From Bugula neritina (lineage: Eukaryota > Animalia > Bryozoa): a stretch of 64,000 nucleotides of DNA. The DNA is taken from assembly GCA_964035545.1 (NCBI GenBank), contig OZ037766.1, positions 9,104,722-9,168,721 on the forward strand, read 5' to 3'. The translations under genes were made by a program, and so were the position numbers. This document shows positions 25,292-37,110 of the stretch, one piece after another. Each line of letters starts with the position of its first letter. The stretch's first letter is position 1. Under the pieces are notes generated by a model that was not told the DNA's origin, searched no databases, and saw nothing but the letters and a program-made list of their open reading frames with translations.

Positions 25292-27203
25292 CATATATAA
25301 TACATATATAATACATATAATAAAAATATATAATATATATAATATAAATATATATGTTATATAATATATATATTATATATGTTATATATATAAAAGTAAT
25401 TTGTAATAAAGTAGCAATTCTGTCTGACTATAACATATTCATAATAAAATGAAATAAAAGGTTCATTCTACTTGTAGAAGCAAATAATTTGTTAAATTGC
25501 CATAATTTTAAAATTTATATGTTGTTTGCTCTGCTTTAATGCATTTTGTTAATTTTTTATATTATTACTATAATATTAGAAACGCTATAGCTACTTTTGC
25601 AGTATTGTTGCTATAAAAAAAATTTCATAATTTTACTTTCAAAAACAACAAAGTAGTTTGAAATATTGTAATTTACCAAAAGCTTATTGAGGTGTGGATT
25701 ATTATTAATTAAGAAATCCGTGCATTTTTATCAACAGTGAGGAAGAAATGGAGAATACAAGTTGTCAAAAAATCACCCAGAATAAAGATTCAATATTCTC
25801 AGCAACAACTCAAGAAGATTTAGTTACAAGGTAGTTTTACAAATGAATATCTGGACCAAACAAAAACACTTAGTATAATCGCCTATTGAAGATGCTTTAG
25901 GTGATAATTAAAGTGAATTGAGATTCGTTGCTTATTTAGTTGTTTTGCAATGGGTGCATCTGATGATTTGATATATTTTAGAATTTACATAAAAGACAAG
26001 ATTAAGCCAAAAGAGATTAGAAGCTCTGGTTATAAGCATAACCAAGAAATACGGAGACATGAAGATTCCATTCAGGAATGCCAAAGTCAGCCTTCCAAAT
26101 CTGATCAAGTCAGTAAAAGAAAGTTGGAAAATAAACCTGAGGAAACTGGTAATTCTAGTAAAGTAACTTGTAATGGCAAGAAATTTTGTATGACAAATGG
26201 CACCGAGAGCTCTACAATTAAACACTTGAATGAGAAGAAAAGCAGTTGCATCAATGTATTATCAAACTCAAATGGGATACAAAACAAAGCGAAGCCTGAA
26301 AATAATGTATCGGAATCTGCGAGACTTATGCCACCTCCCCAACCTATTAACACGCCTAATAAAGAACTTATGCTAACCAAGTCTTCGAAAGCTGATGAAA
26401 TCAATGAAATACTCATTGAGAAAAAAGATGAAAATGATTTAGAGGACAGTTGTAATGATGCTGATGTGCTTTCCGCAGCTTTGACGACAACAAATTATGA
26501 AAAACTTAGAGAGCAACTCAGTAATTTGCATGCAGCAAAGATATCAGGAAATTTTGTTTACCAGGTTGCTGGTAGTGTAGATGCCCTGTTTAAATGCTCA
26601 GAAGCAGTACAAAACAAACTTACTTTAAAATTTGATGATCAACTTAAGAGCGTGTTCGAAAAGGTAAGTAAGTTATCGTAACTTAATAGGAGGTTTCCCT
26701 TTTACTTAATTCTTATGCATTACAAGTTTATTCAATGTATTATTTCCAATACACTTGAAAATTTCAGATTGCTTCAAGTTTTGGTAATTTAAATGTGAAA
26801 AACATAAACAACTAATCTTCTCCAATTGATCAAATTTTGTTTTATTTTTATAAAAAATCATATCTAGTCCTGCTGACCAGCTGATCTGGTTTTACAAGTT
26901 GAGAATCAAAAGGTTACACTTATTAACAGATGAGTAGCATCAATAGAAGTAGCCTGTGGTTTAACTAAATTTGTGGTTTTTTATATTATAGTGTCAGTTT
27001 GCATTACGTTGTAGGTAGATAGTGTAAAGTTGTTGCTTAAAACCAAGCTAGAAGAAGCAAACCAGCATCATCAGGCTATCATAGACTTCAAGCTCGCCAA
27101 GTTGTCTTCTGTTCTTGATGAAATAAAAACTAAAGATGAAGAATTAAACAAGTATAAAAATTTACTACGTTCTTTATCATCTAGTATTCCCTGTTCTCAG
27201 TGA
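24882..27203 (+). CDS. Protein with a disordered N-terminus and a C-terminal coiled coil; candidate SYCE2 (synaptonemal complex central element) homologue
   Basis: Exons 24882-25015, 25738-25830, 25982-26663 and 27015-27203 join in frame (MDPMFNFF...SVFEK|[47 protein letters not shown]...PCSQ*). The gene model is well supported. The SYCE2 similarity is by-eye against the remembered human sequence. Confidence 0.6.
25097..25392. repeat. Long interrupted (TA)n microsatellite
   Basis: Direct read. A shorter (TA)n also lies at about 24065-24127. Confidence 0.95.
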
Positions 27204-28526
27204 AATGTACATTTATTAAGCCTTGACAATCGTATACTCATTGTCTAAACTATAGATAGCTTTGTTATTTTAGATAACTAAAATAATTAGATACTGTGTG
27301 TAAAACTCTCATTGACTATTACGCTGACTAATATTTCTATCTTCTATTATTTTTTGTTGTTGTTGAATACATTTCCGCATATATGAATCTGTAGTGAGAG
27401 TAATATCTCAATTTTGCATTAAGCAGTATAGTAGATGATTTTCAGAATGATTTCAGTGTCTAAAACCCACAAACTGCTAGATGACTACACTATATATATA
27501 TTATTTCTAGGGAAGAGATGGGCATGCCATTTGGCAATGTAAATCTCTAATTCAAATCTAAAAATTTGCTTTACTGGCTTGTTGTGCAATGGTGCAGCTT
27601 TGTAAGTGTTGTAGATTATGGTAGAAATTTTCATATGTAGGTTATTACAAGATATAACATTTGTATTAGCAAAACTTTGATTGAGCTGTAGTGTCAAACC
27701 CAATTTACTAAGCTTCAATTGATTTGGATTACTATGCAAAAAGTTTTTGAGTAAACTAGTGACCCCTGAATGGTTGAAAACTCTGCATTGCCCTAAAGAA
27801 ACAATGAACATTATTTTGAGTCTAGTAGGCCTTTATTTGTAAATAGCTGGAAAACTTCAGCATGTTTCCTGTTCTGAATTAGTACAGTCAGCAGCACAGA
27901 GTAGTCATCTTACTTCAAGTATAAGCTGTTATCTATATAATAATTTCACTATGTTATGTTACAAAGAAATGCTCACATTCAAGTAAAATGGGTCTGTTGG
28001 TCTTGGGAATGTAAAATTTCCAGAGAGAATTTGATAGTTTTGAGAACTGAAAATTATAGCAAAATCTTAACAATTTATTTAATTAAAATTTCCATAATTT
28101 TATAAAAAATACCAACACAAGTATAGTACATGAATTATTTGAGAATATAATCATATGATCAAAAACCTGCAGAACGTGTAAGAAAATTCTCAAATAGTCT
28201 GCATAATTTATAAAAGGCATCTTGCCATTAAAATATAAATGTAAATTTTATTGCAGAAATGCTCCAGTGGTATTGTGAAGGCCACATAGAGCAACAAATA
28301 ATCAATCAAGATAAAAAACTGAATAAAATGGTCACATGGCAGTAGCAAAGTTGACGCCAAAATACTATATGCACACAATGTGTAAATATACATCCAATAA
28401 TGCATTGCTAATTGAATATGGACAGTTACTTTACAAAGTTTTTCATATCAAATGACTTGACTACTGAATTATGAAATTTGTTGTAGTAAGATAGTTAAAG
28501 ATAAAAGTAAATTGAGTCAGTCTCAA

Positions 28527-31122
28527 CTACACTTCACTACTTAATCTCCACAATTTTATGTCTCCATCATCACTGCATGATGCTAACATATCTGGCTTTG
28601 CTGGGTTCCAGTCAATGCTATTTACATCTTCATTGTGAGCATTCTTCATTTGAGCTATCATTTGAAATGAAGGGGCATTGTCATCAGAGTCTGCACTTTC
28701 ACTAAATATTCTAATGGAATTATCTCCACAAGCAGTTGCTATATATCCAGTAACATTGTTCCTAGAGCATAAATAAAACAGGTGAAGGATTTGCAACTTA
28801 TTTCTTAAACCTGTCCTATTCATCTACAAACTTGCGATTTACTATAAAATAAACAGCACAAGTTGAAAGCCGTATTAAATATTTTGAAAAGAACCTTGAA
28901 ATCAAATAATCAATGTTTTATTAGGGAACTAAAACATATAATCACTGCTAACTGAAAAGTTTTACCCACTGAAAGGTAGCGTTAAAAAGGCAATAAATTT
29001 AAATTAATGTATATACTGTTATAGTGGTAGTTAACTAAAGTTGATAAGATACATGGAAACTTTGATAGCAACAACTGGTATGAGAGTCATACTAATCAAA
29101 TGTCAAATGCAAACAGATAATACAAAGTAAGGTATGAAGGAGATATATTTTACAAACTATTGTATAAACTTACCATTTTATATCATAAATAGTACGTTGA
29201 TGATATCCAGACAAAGAGCATACGCATTTCCAGGTGGAATAGTTGCCTGGAGTAATAACACCTAATGAAGAAAATTAATGCTGTGTTAATTTATTAAGAA
29301 TTGTATTACGAGGTTGGTGGTTAAATCTTTTATTGCTCGAGCAAATTAAAATTTAGTATTAAACACACACACACAGCTACACCCTAAGTAAAGTTGCCTG
29401 TTCCCAGCCAACTAAGCTACCTACAATCTTTTTAATATGACTTTTTTAACTATTGAGTACCCCAGTTGATGGGTCTATTTACTACATTCTGCTAAAGTAT
29501 TCATATATAATATATTTTAATATTACATAGCAGTGAGCTGTTGTATTTTTAGGAACACTAGCCATAAACACGGTGCACTTTATAATATATGAATGTGGTC
29601 TAGCTTCGCAACATATAGCACATATTTGAAGTACAACACCAGTTATTACATTATATAGGTACAACATGGCACTAGATAGTGAACAAAAACACAAACCTTC
29701 CTTGTTTTGAGGGAGATACTCTTGCCATATTTTGACAGAGCAATCGTCAGAACATGACGCAAATCGTTGGCCAGTCTTGTCAAATGCAGCAGCCCATACT
29801 GTACTTGTGTGTGATTCTACAAATCAAAATTATATCTCCTAGATAATTTTAAGTGTCTAAGAATACAATGAGAAATAATAACACAGTGTCATATTCAATT
29901 ATAATAAAATTCTTGAAAAAAATAAATATATGCACCAAGTAGGGCATAAAAGCTCATAAAACTTGAACAGATTAAAGTTGAGAAAAATAAAATGACTGAA
30001 AGATCCTACCTAACACACTAATGCATTCCCAATCGTCCTCTTGCTCTTCATATATCCTAATGGTGTTATCGTAACTAGTAGAGAGCAATGTGTCTTTATG
30101 AGGGTGCCAAGTAACAGATTTTACATCTTGAGTGTGAGAGCTCAACACACTACTACACTCGTAATCAGAGTCATCATCTATTGACCATATCCACACACGC
30201 TTGTCTCGACCACAAGTAGCTAGAGTAGGTTACATACATGTGATATTAATATAAAATATAAACAAACAGTGTATTCAAATATTGTACATATTTATATGTT
30301 GATATCTTATGTATCATTTTAATAAAAGTGACACTATCAATTATAATCAACAATATAAACGCAAGGTTTGAAAATTGATATTTACAATGTAAAAGGTTTT
30401 CCCACAAATATTTAAACAATTGCACACGTCACAGTTATATTTTCTGTTACCCAGGTATTGCCCTGATGGTGACCATGCTGCACATTTTACTTCATTTTCA
30501 TGGCCTTCTAAGGTTAAAGCACACTCAAATTCGCCATTCTTTCTATCCCATACTGCTGTTGTTCCATCAAAGCTTGTGGAAGTTAATAGTTTGTCACATG
30601 GTGACCAAGTTACACATCTAATCGTTCTGCTATGTCCATCAGAAAGCACACTACTGCGTATCCATCGCTCTCCTAATATATTGACCATACAGTTTCTATG
30701 AGATGATCAGAAAATATTACAATGAAATAAAGATCTAAGAAATTTTAGTAATGAAATATGCACCATTTAACGATCTTTGCAATTTAGCATTTTATTTATT
30801 ATTAGAAAATTTAAAACTTTTTCTGAATTTACTAAGCACAGGTATGTATGCCTCATAATAGATGTAGAAGCACAGATGTGTTCTCTGAGTGTGTTGTTTC
30901 AGATTAAACTGCTTTTTTCCAAGACCTTTTCTATGCCTAGATAATAGCATATATCATTGTTGTAATGGCTGCAATACTCATAATACCTTCAAGTTTCCAA
31001 ATGCACACAACTTTATCTGTTCCACAAGTAGCTAAAAGTGTCCCGCTGTGATTCCAAGCCACGCACCAAACCCGATCTTCATGTCCTTTCAATGTAGCTA
31101 AACACTCCATATTTACAGCCAT
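28527..31122 (-). CDS. CIAO1: Cytosolic iron-sulfur assembly WD40 protein CIAO1/Cia1, 6 coding exons
   Basis: Minus-strand exons at about 31122-30987, 30672-30451, 30219-30010, 29816-29698, 29262-29174 and 28761-28527. Motifs: [73 protein letters not shown] and [14 protein letters not shown] non-coding first exon is inferred from the AG|GTGAGT donor at 37209. Confidence 0.95.
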
Positions 31123-31499
31123 TAATAGAAGCTAAAATTCCCTTTTGTATTTTCTTGACTAAAATCAAACTTTATAGCGATATTCAAAATTAAACTTGTA
31201 AATGATTGTTGTATGACAATCTATCTGCATATATATATAAAGATTCAAAAGCAAATTTAAAACTATCGTAAATGATAGGCATCATCATATTCATCATGCC
31301 TAGTATTTGCTTTTAATGAACACAGTTTTTTCATTTTTTCAATAAAAAATCAAAACTGTGTTGGAAAATGTTGGCTCTTTCCAAGCAATCGACAATTTGA
31401 TAAATCAAAGCACTATTTGCATAAAGGTAAGCCTTGCATGATGTGCTAATGATGAATGTTGATAATTTTGTAGAACATCTATGCCGATTAGCAGTAAAA

Positions 31500-31712
31500 G
31501 ATTATCACTATTACTATAAGTATAAGTATAAATAGAACTGTATTAGTATTTAAACATTATTATTATATGACTAGGTATACAATAAAAACTAACTTCAAGT
31601 ATCGGTATGACTATCATGATGAGTCACTTGAGTGAACAGAGTATGAGTAGCAGCATTTGTAAAACCATCATATAAAGATTATCATCAGTATTACTATTAT
31701 TAGTATTAGTAT
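31500..31712. repeat. Periodic tract, distal part (CIAO1 intron 1, beyond the LINE 3' end)
   Basis: attatc-actatt-actata-agtata-agtata, agtatg-agtagc and ttagta-ttagta. Confidence 0.65.
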
Positions 31713-32033
31713 TCTCATCTCATCTCATCTCATCTAATTAATCTCACTCGGAGCGCTTTGGCTCCTTTATCGAGATGCAGTGGTGTATGAACAATTGTTT
31801 AGATTATCAGTAGTAAGGAAGAAAACTATTTTGTCTACGAGATAAGAATATAGTTAATTATGCTTCGATTCAAAGCTCAATAGCTAGCTACTGCCAGGAG
31901 AGAAAGAAAAAAGAAAGAGAAAAAAAAAAAAAAAGTAAATAAATAAATAGATATACACCGCACAGCTTCAGATGATATAAAGCAGAGTCGATGTTAAGTG
32001 CTTATAATCAGTTAGGCAAAGCAGCTAGAATCA

Positions 32034-34781
32034 TTAGAAAAGTTTATGGATGCGATGTTTATATGAATGTTTGGCAGTTTTGGTATTGATATTGCCCTTA
32101 ATAGCACCATGTCTGGTATTGTGAGACTCTGCAAAATGAAGGGAGAACCGGTCTTGGTCTATAGCGGCACTACCAGAAAGCATACGAAAGTACATTTTTT
32201 GGTCTGCATTGTCACGTCTTTGTGCAAGGCTATCCCAATTAGAATTTGTCATGAGCTCAGTTATATGATTTCGTTTTCTCTTACAGAATGTCCACCTGAA
32301 GGCTTTTCTATTTATACCTTCTATGATGTTGATGTTTTTCAATTTAAATGGAGACCAGGTGTGGGTCGCAAATTCTAGTATAGGGCGACAGACTGTTTTA
32401 TAAGCTATGGCTCTGGTTTTACTTTTAGCCTTTTTTAGACAGCGCATCAGCATGTGTAATAATTTATTAGCTTTTGAGCAAATGTTTATTATATGTTGAT
32501 CGAATGACAGTTTATTATCAATCGTGACACCAAGGTATAATACTTTGTCAACACATTGTAAGGGGTCATTATTCATGCTGTATTGAGACACTAGAGGATT
32601 TACAGTGGAGCGTTGAATTGTCATATGCTCACATTTATTTATATTGAACTTCATCTGAGAACTGTCTGCCCAAGTTATAAGATGGTCTAAGTCATTCTGA
32701 AATAAACTAGAATCAGCAGGTGTTGTGATTGGTTTGTACAACAAGGAATTATCTGCATATAGTTTAAGCTTGCTGTTGGCTACCGCAGAGTGCATGTCAT
32801 TTATGTACACATTAAATAACAATGGTCCTAATACACTGCCTTGGGGCACTCCTGAGGTCACATGTCTAGTGGCCGATTTGACGTTGTTGACACAGACTGA
32901 AAGAAGACGGTTCTGAAGCCATGAAAAAATCCATTTGACAGTTTTATCAGCTATTCCGATATTTAGCAGTTTAACCTGTAGTTTATGGTGCGACACAACG
33001 TCAAAGGCCTTTGAAAAATCCAAGACAGCGAGATCAACCGGTATCATTTCGTCAAAAAAATCTATAAATTCACTCACTGTATTCAACAACTGAGTATCGC
33101 AGCCATGATTTGTCCTGAAACCATGTTGGTGTGGGTAAAACAGGTCATTTGATTCGAGGAAACAAGTGATATTATGTGATACGATATGCTCGAAGATTTT
33201 GGATATGATAGAAGTGAGTGATATTGGCCTGTAATTCAGCGGGTCTGTACGACTTCCTTTCTTGAAGATCGGTACAATGTTTGCTGTTTTCCAGTTTTGT
33301 GGTGTCTGAGATGTATCGTAGAAGTACTGAAAAACTTTTGTCAGGGGCTCATATATATAATGTGCAAGATATTTTAGAAGTGCAGGAGAAAGCTCATCTG
33401 GGCCAGCACCTTTTCGTGGATCGAGTTTGGTGAGCTGTGTTAGGACTCCCCGAGGATCAAATTGTATAGGAGATGATATAGTTTGAGGTGGAATGCAGGG
33501 AGGGATATTACCATCATCAATAGAAAACACAGAAGCAAAGGAGTCCGCAAAAGATTCAGCTATAGCAGTATTGTTGTTAGGGGGGATGTTGTCTAGTTGG
33601 CGTACAGTATTTGAGCTGCCCTTTTTACTTGCTATGAACCGATAAAGAGGTTTTGAATCACCCTGCTCTAATGTATTGCATATGTGTTTGTTTATATAAT
33701 TATTATAGTCCCTGTTACACAATTTCTTGCAGTACCGGGACTGGGTGGCATGTTTTAAAATGTTGTGCGGGGTGCGATCGTTAAGGCAAGCTAGGTGGAG
33801 GTGTTTTCTTTTTCTGATCTCACTTTTAGTTTCTTGGGATATCCAGAGTTTTGATTTTTTCTTTCTAAATTTGTATGGGATATTGGAATGGGCTACCTGA
33901 AGTATTCCAGATTTGAGATTATGCCATAACTGTTCAGCGCTACATTTCTTAGAGATATCTGAGGTGATTTTACAATGTAGGGAGTAACAGTCCACGGTGA
34001 TGTTCGTTATGTCTGCCTTTTCAAACTGCCAATATGGCTTTGGTTTGGTTAGGGATGCTGTCCTTTTAATAACATTATCCGCCAACACATTGAAATTGAT
34101 AATAAAATGGTCAGAGCAGGATGACTCAACTCGGGGGTTAGTGGTAGTTACATTTGTAACAACTAGATCAAGCGTATTACCTTTGTCGTGAGTAGGTTTA
34201 TTGATAGCCTGAGAAAGATTATTCGAAATTATAAAATCTACGAACAATTGATGCAAGTTAGTTTCTCTAGTTGTTTTAAGTACAGGCCTGCTACTATCAT
34301 TCCAGTCAATGTCAGGTAGGTTAAAATCCCCAACCATAACAATGTTCGGATTGGTTTGATCATAATACCAATTTACTATATCTTCTACTTGTTTTATACA
34401 GGGTCTACGGTAATAGCATGCAATAGTGAAAGAGTATCCACAGATTGATAAGTCAAGGGCAATGATTTCCCCAGGGTGTGAGACATTGATTCTACTAACA
34501 ACAAAGGGACATTTATTGGATAGGCCTATAAGGACTCCACCTCCACGTCCTAGTCCGTCAGTTCGATCACGCCGGTACAGGGTGTAGTCTCTGGATAACT
34601 CATTATCGGAAACTGATGAATCTAGTTTTGTTTCACATAAGCAAAAGATATCTGGCGATTGCTGATCTAGTAGCATGGAAAGTTCATGTATTTTACCCCT
34701 GATACCATTACAATTCCAAGATATTACTTTTAACTCTTTTTGTTCTGCCATGATAGTTGAGTTGGACAGGTTAGTTAGCAT
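32034..34781 (-). CDS. LINE ORF2: apurinic-like endonuclease plus reverse transcriptase (915 aa; YADD reads YADN)
   Basis: APE motifs SWNCNG, CLCETKL, GGGVLI, VGDFNLP, LDLVVT and SDH. RT motifs KGAGPDEL, NYRPISLTS, QHGFR, LDFSKAFD, GVPQGSVLGPLLF, YADNS and YLGVTID. Confidence 0.93.
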   Translation of the reverse strand: MLTNLSNSTIMAEQKELKVISWNCNGIRGKIHELSMLLDQQSPDIFCLCETKLDSSVSDNELSRDYTLYRRDRTDGLGRGGGVLIGLSNKCPFVVSRINVSHPGEIIALDLSICGYSFTIACYYRRPCIKQVEDIVNWYYDQTNPNIVMVGDFNLPDIDWNDSSRPVLKTTRETNLHQLFVDFIISNNLSQAINKPTHDKGNTLDLVVTNVTTTNPRVESSCSDHFIINFNVLADNVIKRTASLTKPKPYWQFEKADITNITVDCYSLHCKITSDISKKCSAEQLWHNLKSGILQVAHSNIPYKFRKKKSKLWISQETKSEIRKRKHLHLACLNDRTPHNILKHATQSRYCKKLCNRDYNNYINKHICNTLEQGDSKPLYRFIASKKGSSNTVRQLDNIPPNNNTAIAESFADSFASVFSIDDGNIPPCIPPQTISSPIQFDPRGVLTQLTKLDPRKGAGPDELSPALLKYLAHYIYEPLTKVFQYFYDTSQTPQNWKTANIVPIFKKGSRTDPLNYRPISLTSIISKIFEHIVSHNITCFLESNDLFYPHQHGFRTNHGCDTQLLNTVSEFIDFFDEMIPVDLAVLDFSKAFDVVSHHKLQVKLLNIGIADKTVKWIFSWLQNRLLSVCVNNVKSATRHVTSGVPQGSVLGPLLFNVYINDMHSAVANSKLKLYADNSLLYKPITTPADSSLFQNDLDHLITWADSSQMKFNINKCEHMTIQRSTVNPLVSQYSMNNDPLQCVDKVLYLGVTIDNKLSFDQHIINICSKANKLLHMLMRCLKKAKSKTRAIAYKTVCRPILEFATHTWSPFKLKNINIIEGINRKAFRWTFCKRKRNHITELMTNSNWDSLAQRRDNADQKMYFRMLSGSAAIDQDRFSLHFAESHNTRHGAIKGNINTKTAKHSYKHRIHKLF

Positions 34782-35755
34782 TAGAGTGGTAATGTCCAGC
34801 TGTGTTTTTATCAGTTATGGTGTTAGTCTCGCTGGGGTCCCGGAGAGATTCTGAAGCAATAGTATCAGAGTCATGGGCAAACTTGGACCAGCGGTCTGAC
34901 CTGGATGTTTTAGACTTGGAGTAAATAGAGCCATTTCTTACTTGAAACATTTTGTCTGAGTGAGTTGCTTTTAATTCGTCTCTCAGTTTTCTAAGTTTAT
35001 AGTCACGGTCACGCTCTTCAGGAGATAGGTCTGGTGTACAAAATGTAGATGCTTTATTTTCCCAGGTGTTGTATCTATACATAAAATCATTTTTATTCAT
35101 CTCAGAGTTAAAGGTGGCTTTAACTGGTCTTATTTTATCAGAGTTGGGGAGGTTCATGTTACGTCTACCTAGTCTTAGAGAATTTTAACAGAGACTCATG
35201 ATTGAAACTTAGAATATCACATATTTCCATAATCTCTTCCATGGTATTGTTATTCTCTTTTAAGCCATGTATGATAACACTATGGGCACGTTCTTCCTTC
35301 TCTTTTCGTTTCAGTTGGGATTGGGCATTGGTTTCCAATCTTTCGACAGTTTGTTTGATTTTAGTAAACCAGGGTTCTGTGTTATCGGGCTTGATTGTCT
35401 CAGATTTGGTCAGTTTGATATTCTCACAGACCAGGTTTTGGACAGAATCCATTTTAGTTTCTATTTGAGCAAGAGATTTTTTAATTTCATCACCGCTGAT
35501 GTAATGACTGAGCGTGGGCTCACATGTCTGGCAATACCATTTCAAGCCAGATCTAGAAAACAGTTTGGTGATATCTATAGATCGATTTAGGTCCTTCCAG
35601 TCTGGTAGACAGTTGGTATGTGTCGATCTCGAACAGAGACAGCACTCAAGACTGGGTTTATTATATGTTGACATTGTGCATAATGTGCATGCATTAGAGC
35701 TCCCCGAGGTTGAACTAGTACGAGAACTCTGACCACCAGACTCCTTACCAGCCAT
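34771..35755 (-). pseudogene. LINE ORF1 (PHD finger plus RLG/RP motif region) broken by a +1 frameshift near 35176
   Basis: ORF 35755-35165 has the C4HC3 pattern CTLC..CCLC..HTNC..WYCQTC. Removing one A from TCT-AAG-ACT joins it to 35157-34771, giving LKFSRLGRRNMNLPNSDKIRPVKATF..TPDLSPEER. Confidence 0.85.
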
Positions 35756-36289
35756 TGCAGGTGTTTACAGACCAAGAATAGATGTCAGATCAGGTACCCC
35801 TAGAAGAGGGAAAAAATTTCAGAGCGAAGCAACAAAACTGCCTGCTCCGAGAAGAAAACAAAGGAGAAAAAGCAGAGGCAAGAGAAATGCAGGGGCAAGA
35901 ACAACCAGCAAAGGACAAATTTATTTGCTTTATGAAAATTATTTGCTTTATGAAATGTAAAGTAGTTTGCTCCTAGAAAAGAGCCCAACAGAAAAAAAAG
36001 AGAAAATATTTGTAAGGGCAAGCAACTTCAACCAAAGCAGAAGCAATCAAGACAAAAGAAGAACGAAACCGAATTGCAAATATCCTGAAAGAATGCAGAT
36101 CCAAAATCCAAAATCACTGAAAATAAAAATAATTTACTCTGAAGCAGTCACTGAAAAAAAAAATAAATAAATAAAAAATAAATAAATAGTATACTCTAAA
36201 GTAGTCACTGTCTAGTGACCAGTATTACATCGACTGTGACAATTAGATCTACTAAAACAGGTTGAAGCTCCAAGAGTGAGAATTGATAT

Positions 36290-37110
36290 TACAAGTAACA
36301 CACTAGCAGAGTAAATTCAAAACAACAAAACTTACATTTCTCTTTTTGAAGATTAGCATTAGTGATTACAGATTAGTATGACTGTGATCATTGCTATGAG
36401 AGTGTACTATGTAAATGTTTTCTAACAACCTGAATCTACTCTCAGTCTCACTCTGAAGTTAAACTTAACAGTAGGCTAAGTCTTACTCTAAGCCATACAA
36501 ATAGGTTGGTTGAATAGGTAGGTTAAATATATAATTTAATTAAATTATTATTAGTATTACTATTACTGAGTATTAGTATTTCACTATTCGATCTACCTTT
36601 CTAAAATATACACAGGGTCTTACACTTACAGTAATAATTCAAATGATAATCATATTAATAAGAACATGAATATATTTATAAAAAGAAAGATCAAGACTAA
36701 AAATATAACTATTAATAAATAAGCATTGCATTTACTTTTAATTTTACTAATAATTAATTTAATATGAATTATCAATTAATATTATAATTATGAATATCAA
36801 TATGAATATGGTATACTGAATTATAATAACTGATATTGATGTCTATGAAGTATGATATTGATAACAGTCTTAGTCCATTACCTATGATATTGTGATTGCT
36901 ATTGTGGTACTAATTCAGTGATTGTCATTCACTCATTCACATTGTCATACTCATTGTCATTCACATCATTATTGTGATTGACTGAATCATTGAGTTTGAC
37001 TTTGAGAAAACCTGAAAAGGAAGTGACTATTCTGATGAGTATTCTTTAATCAAAATAAAGTTTCCACATATTGCAGAGACATAATAATAATTATAATCAT
37101 AATGATGACT
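36290..37110. repeat. Periodic tract, promoter-proximal part (CIAO1 intron 1)
   Basis: attagt-attact-attact-gagtat-tagtat, aatatg-aatatc-aatatg and attgtc-attcac-tcattc-acattg-tcatac. Starts about 100 bp after the donor at 37209 (-). Confidence 0.78.

Larger units (their letters stand above)
31713..36280 (-). mobile_element. Near full-length CR1/L2-group non-LTR retrotransposon (LINE) in CIAO1 intron 1
   Basis: ORF1 with a PHD finger and an RLG..RPVK motif; ORF2 APE-RT without RNase H; a 3' stem-loop (ATCTC..GGAGC-CAAAGC-GCTCC..GAGAT) and an (AGATG)n tail at 31713-31735. The 5' boundary is approximate and no TSD was found. Confidence 0.9.

Noticed and set aside
25081-25305. (YI)n ORF
   Set aside because: Translation of a (TA)n microsatellite.
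32067-35976. Plus-strand ORFs overlapping the LINE
   Set aside because: Antisense shadows of ORF1/ORF2 with no recognisable motifs.
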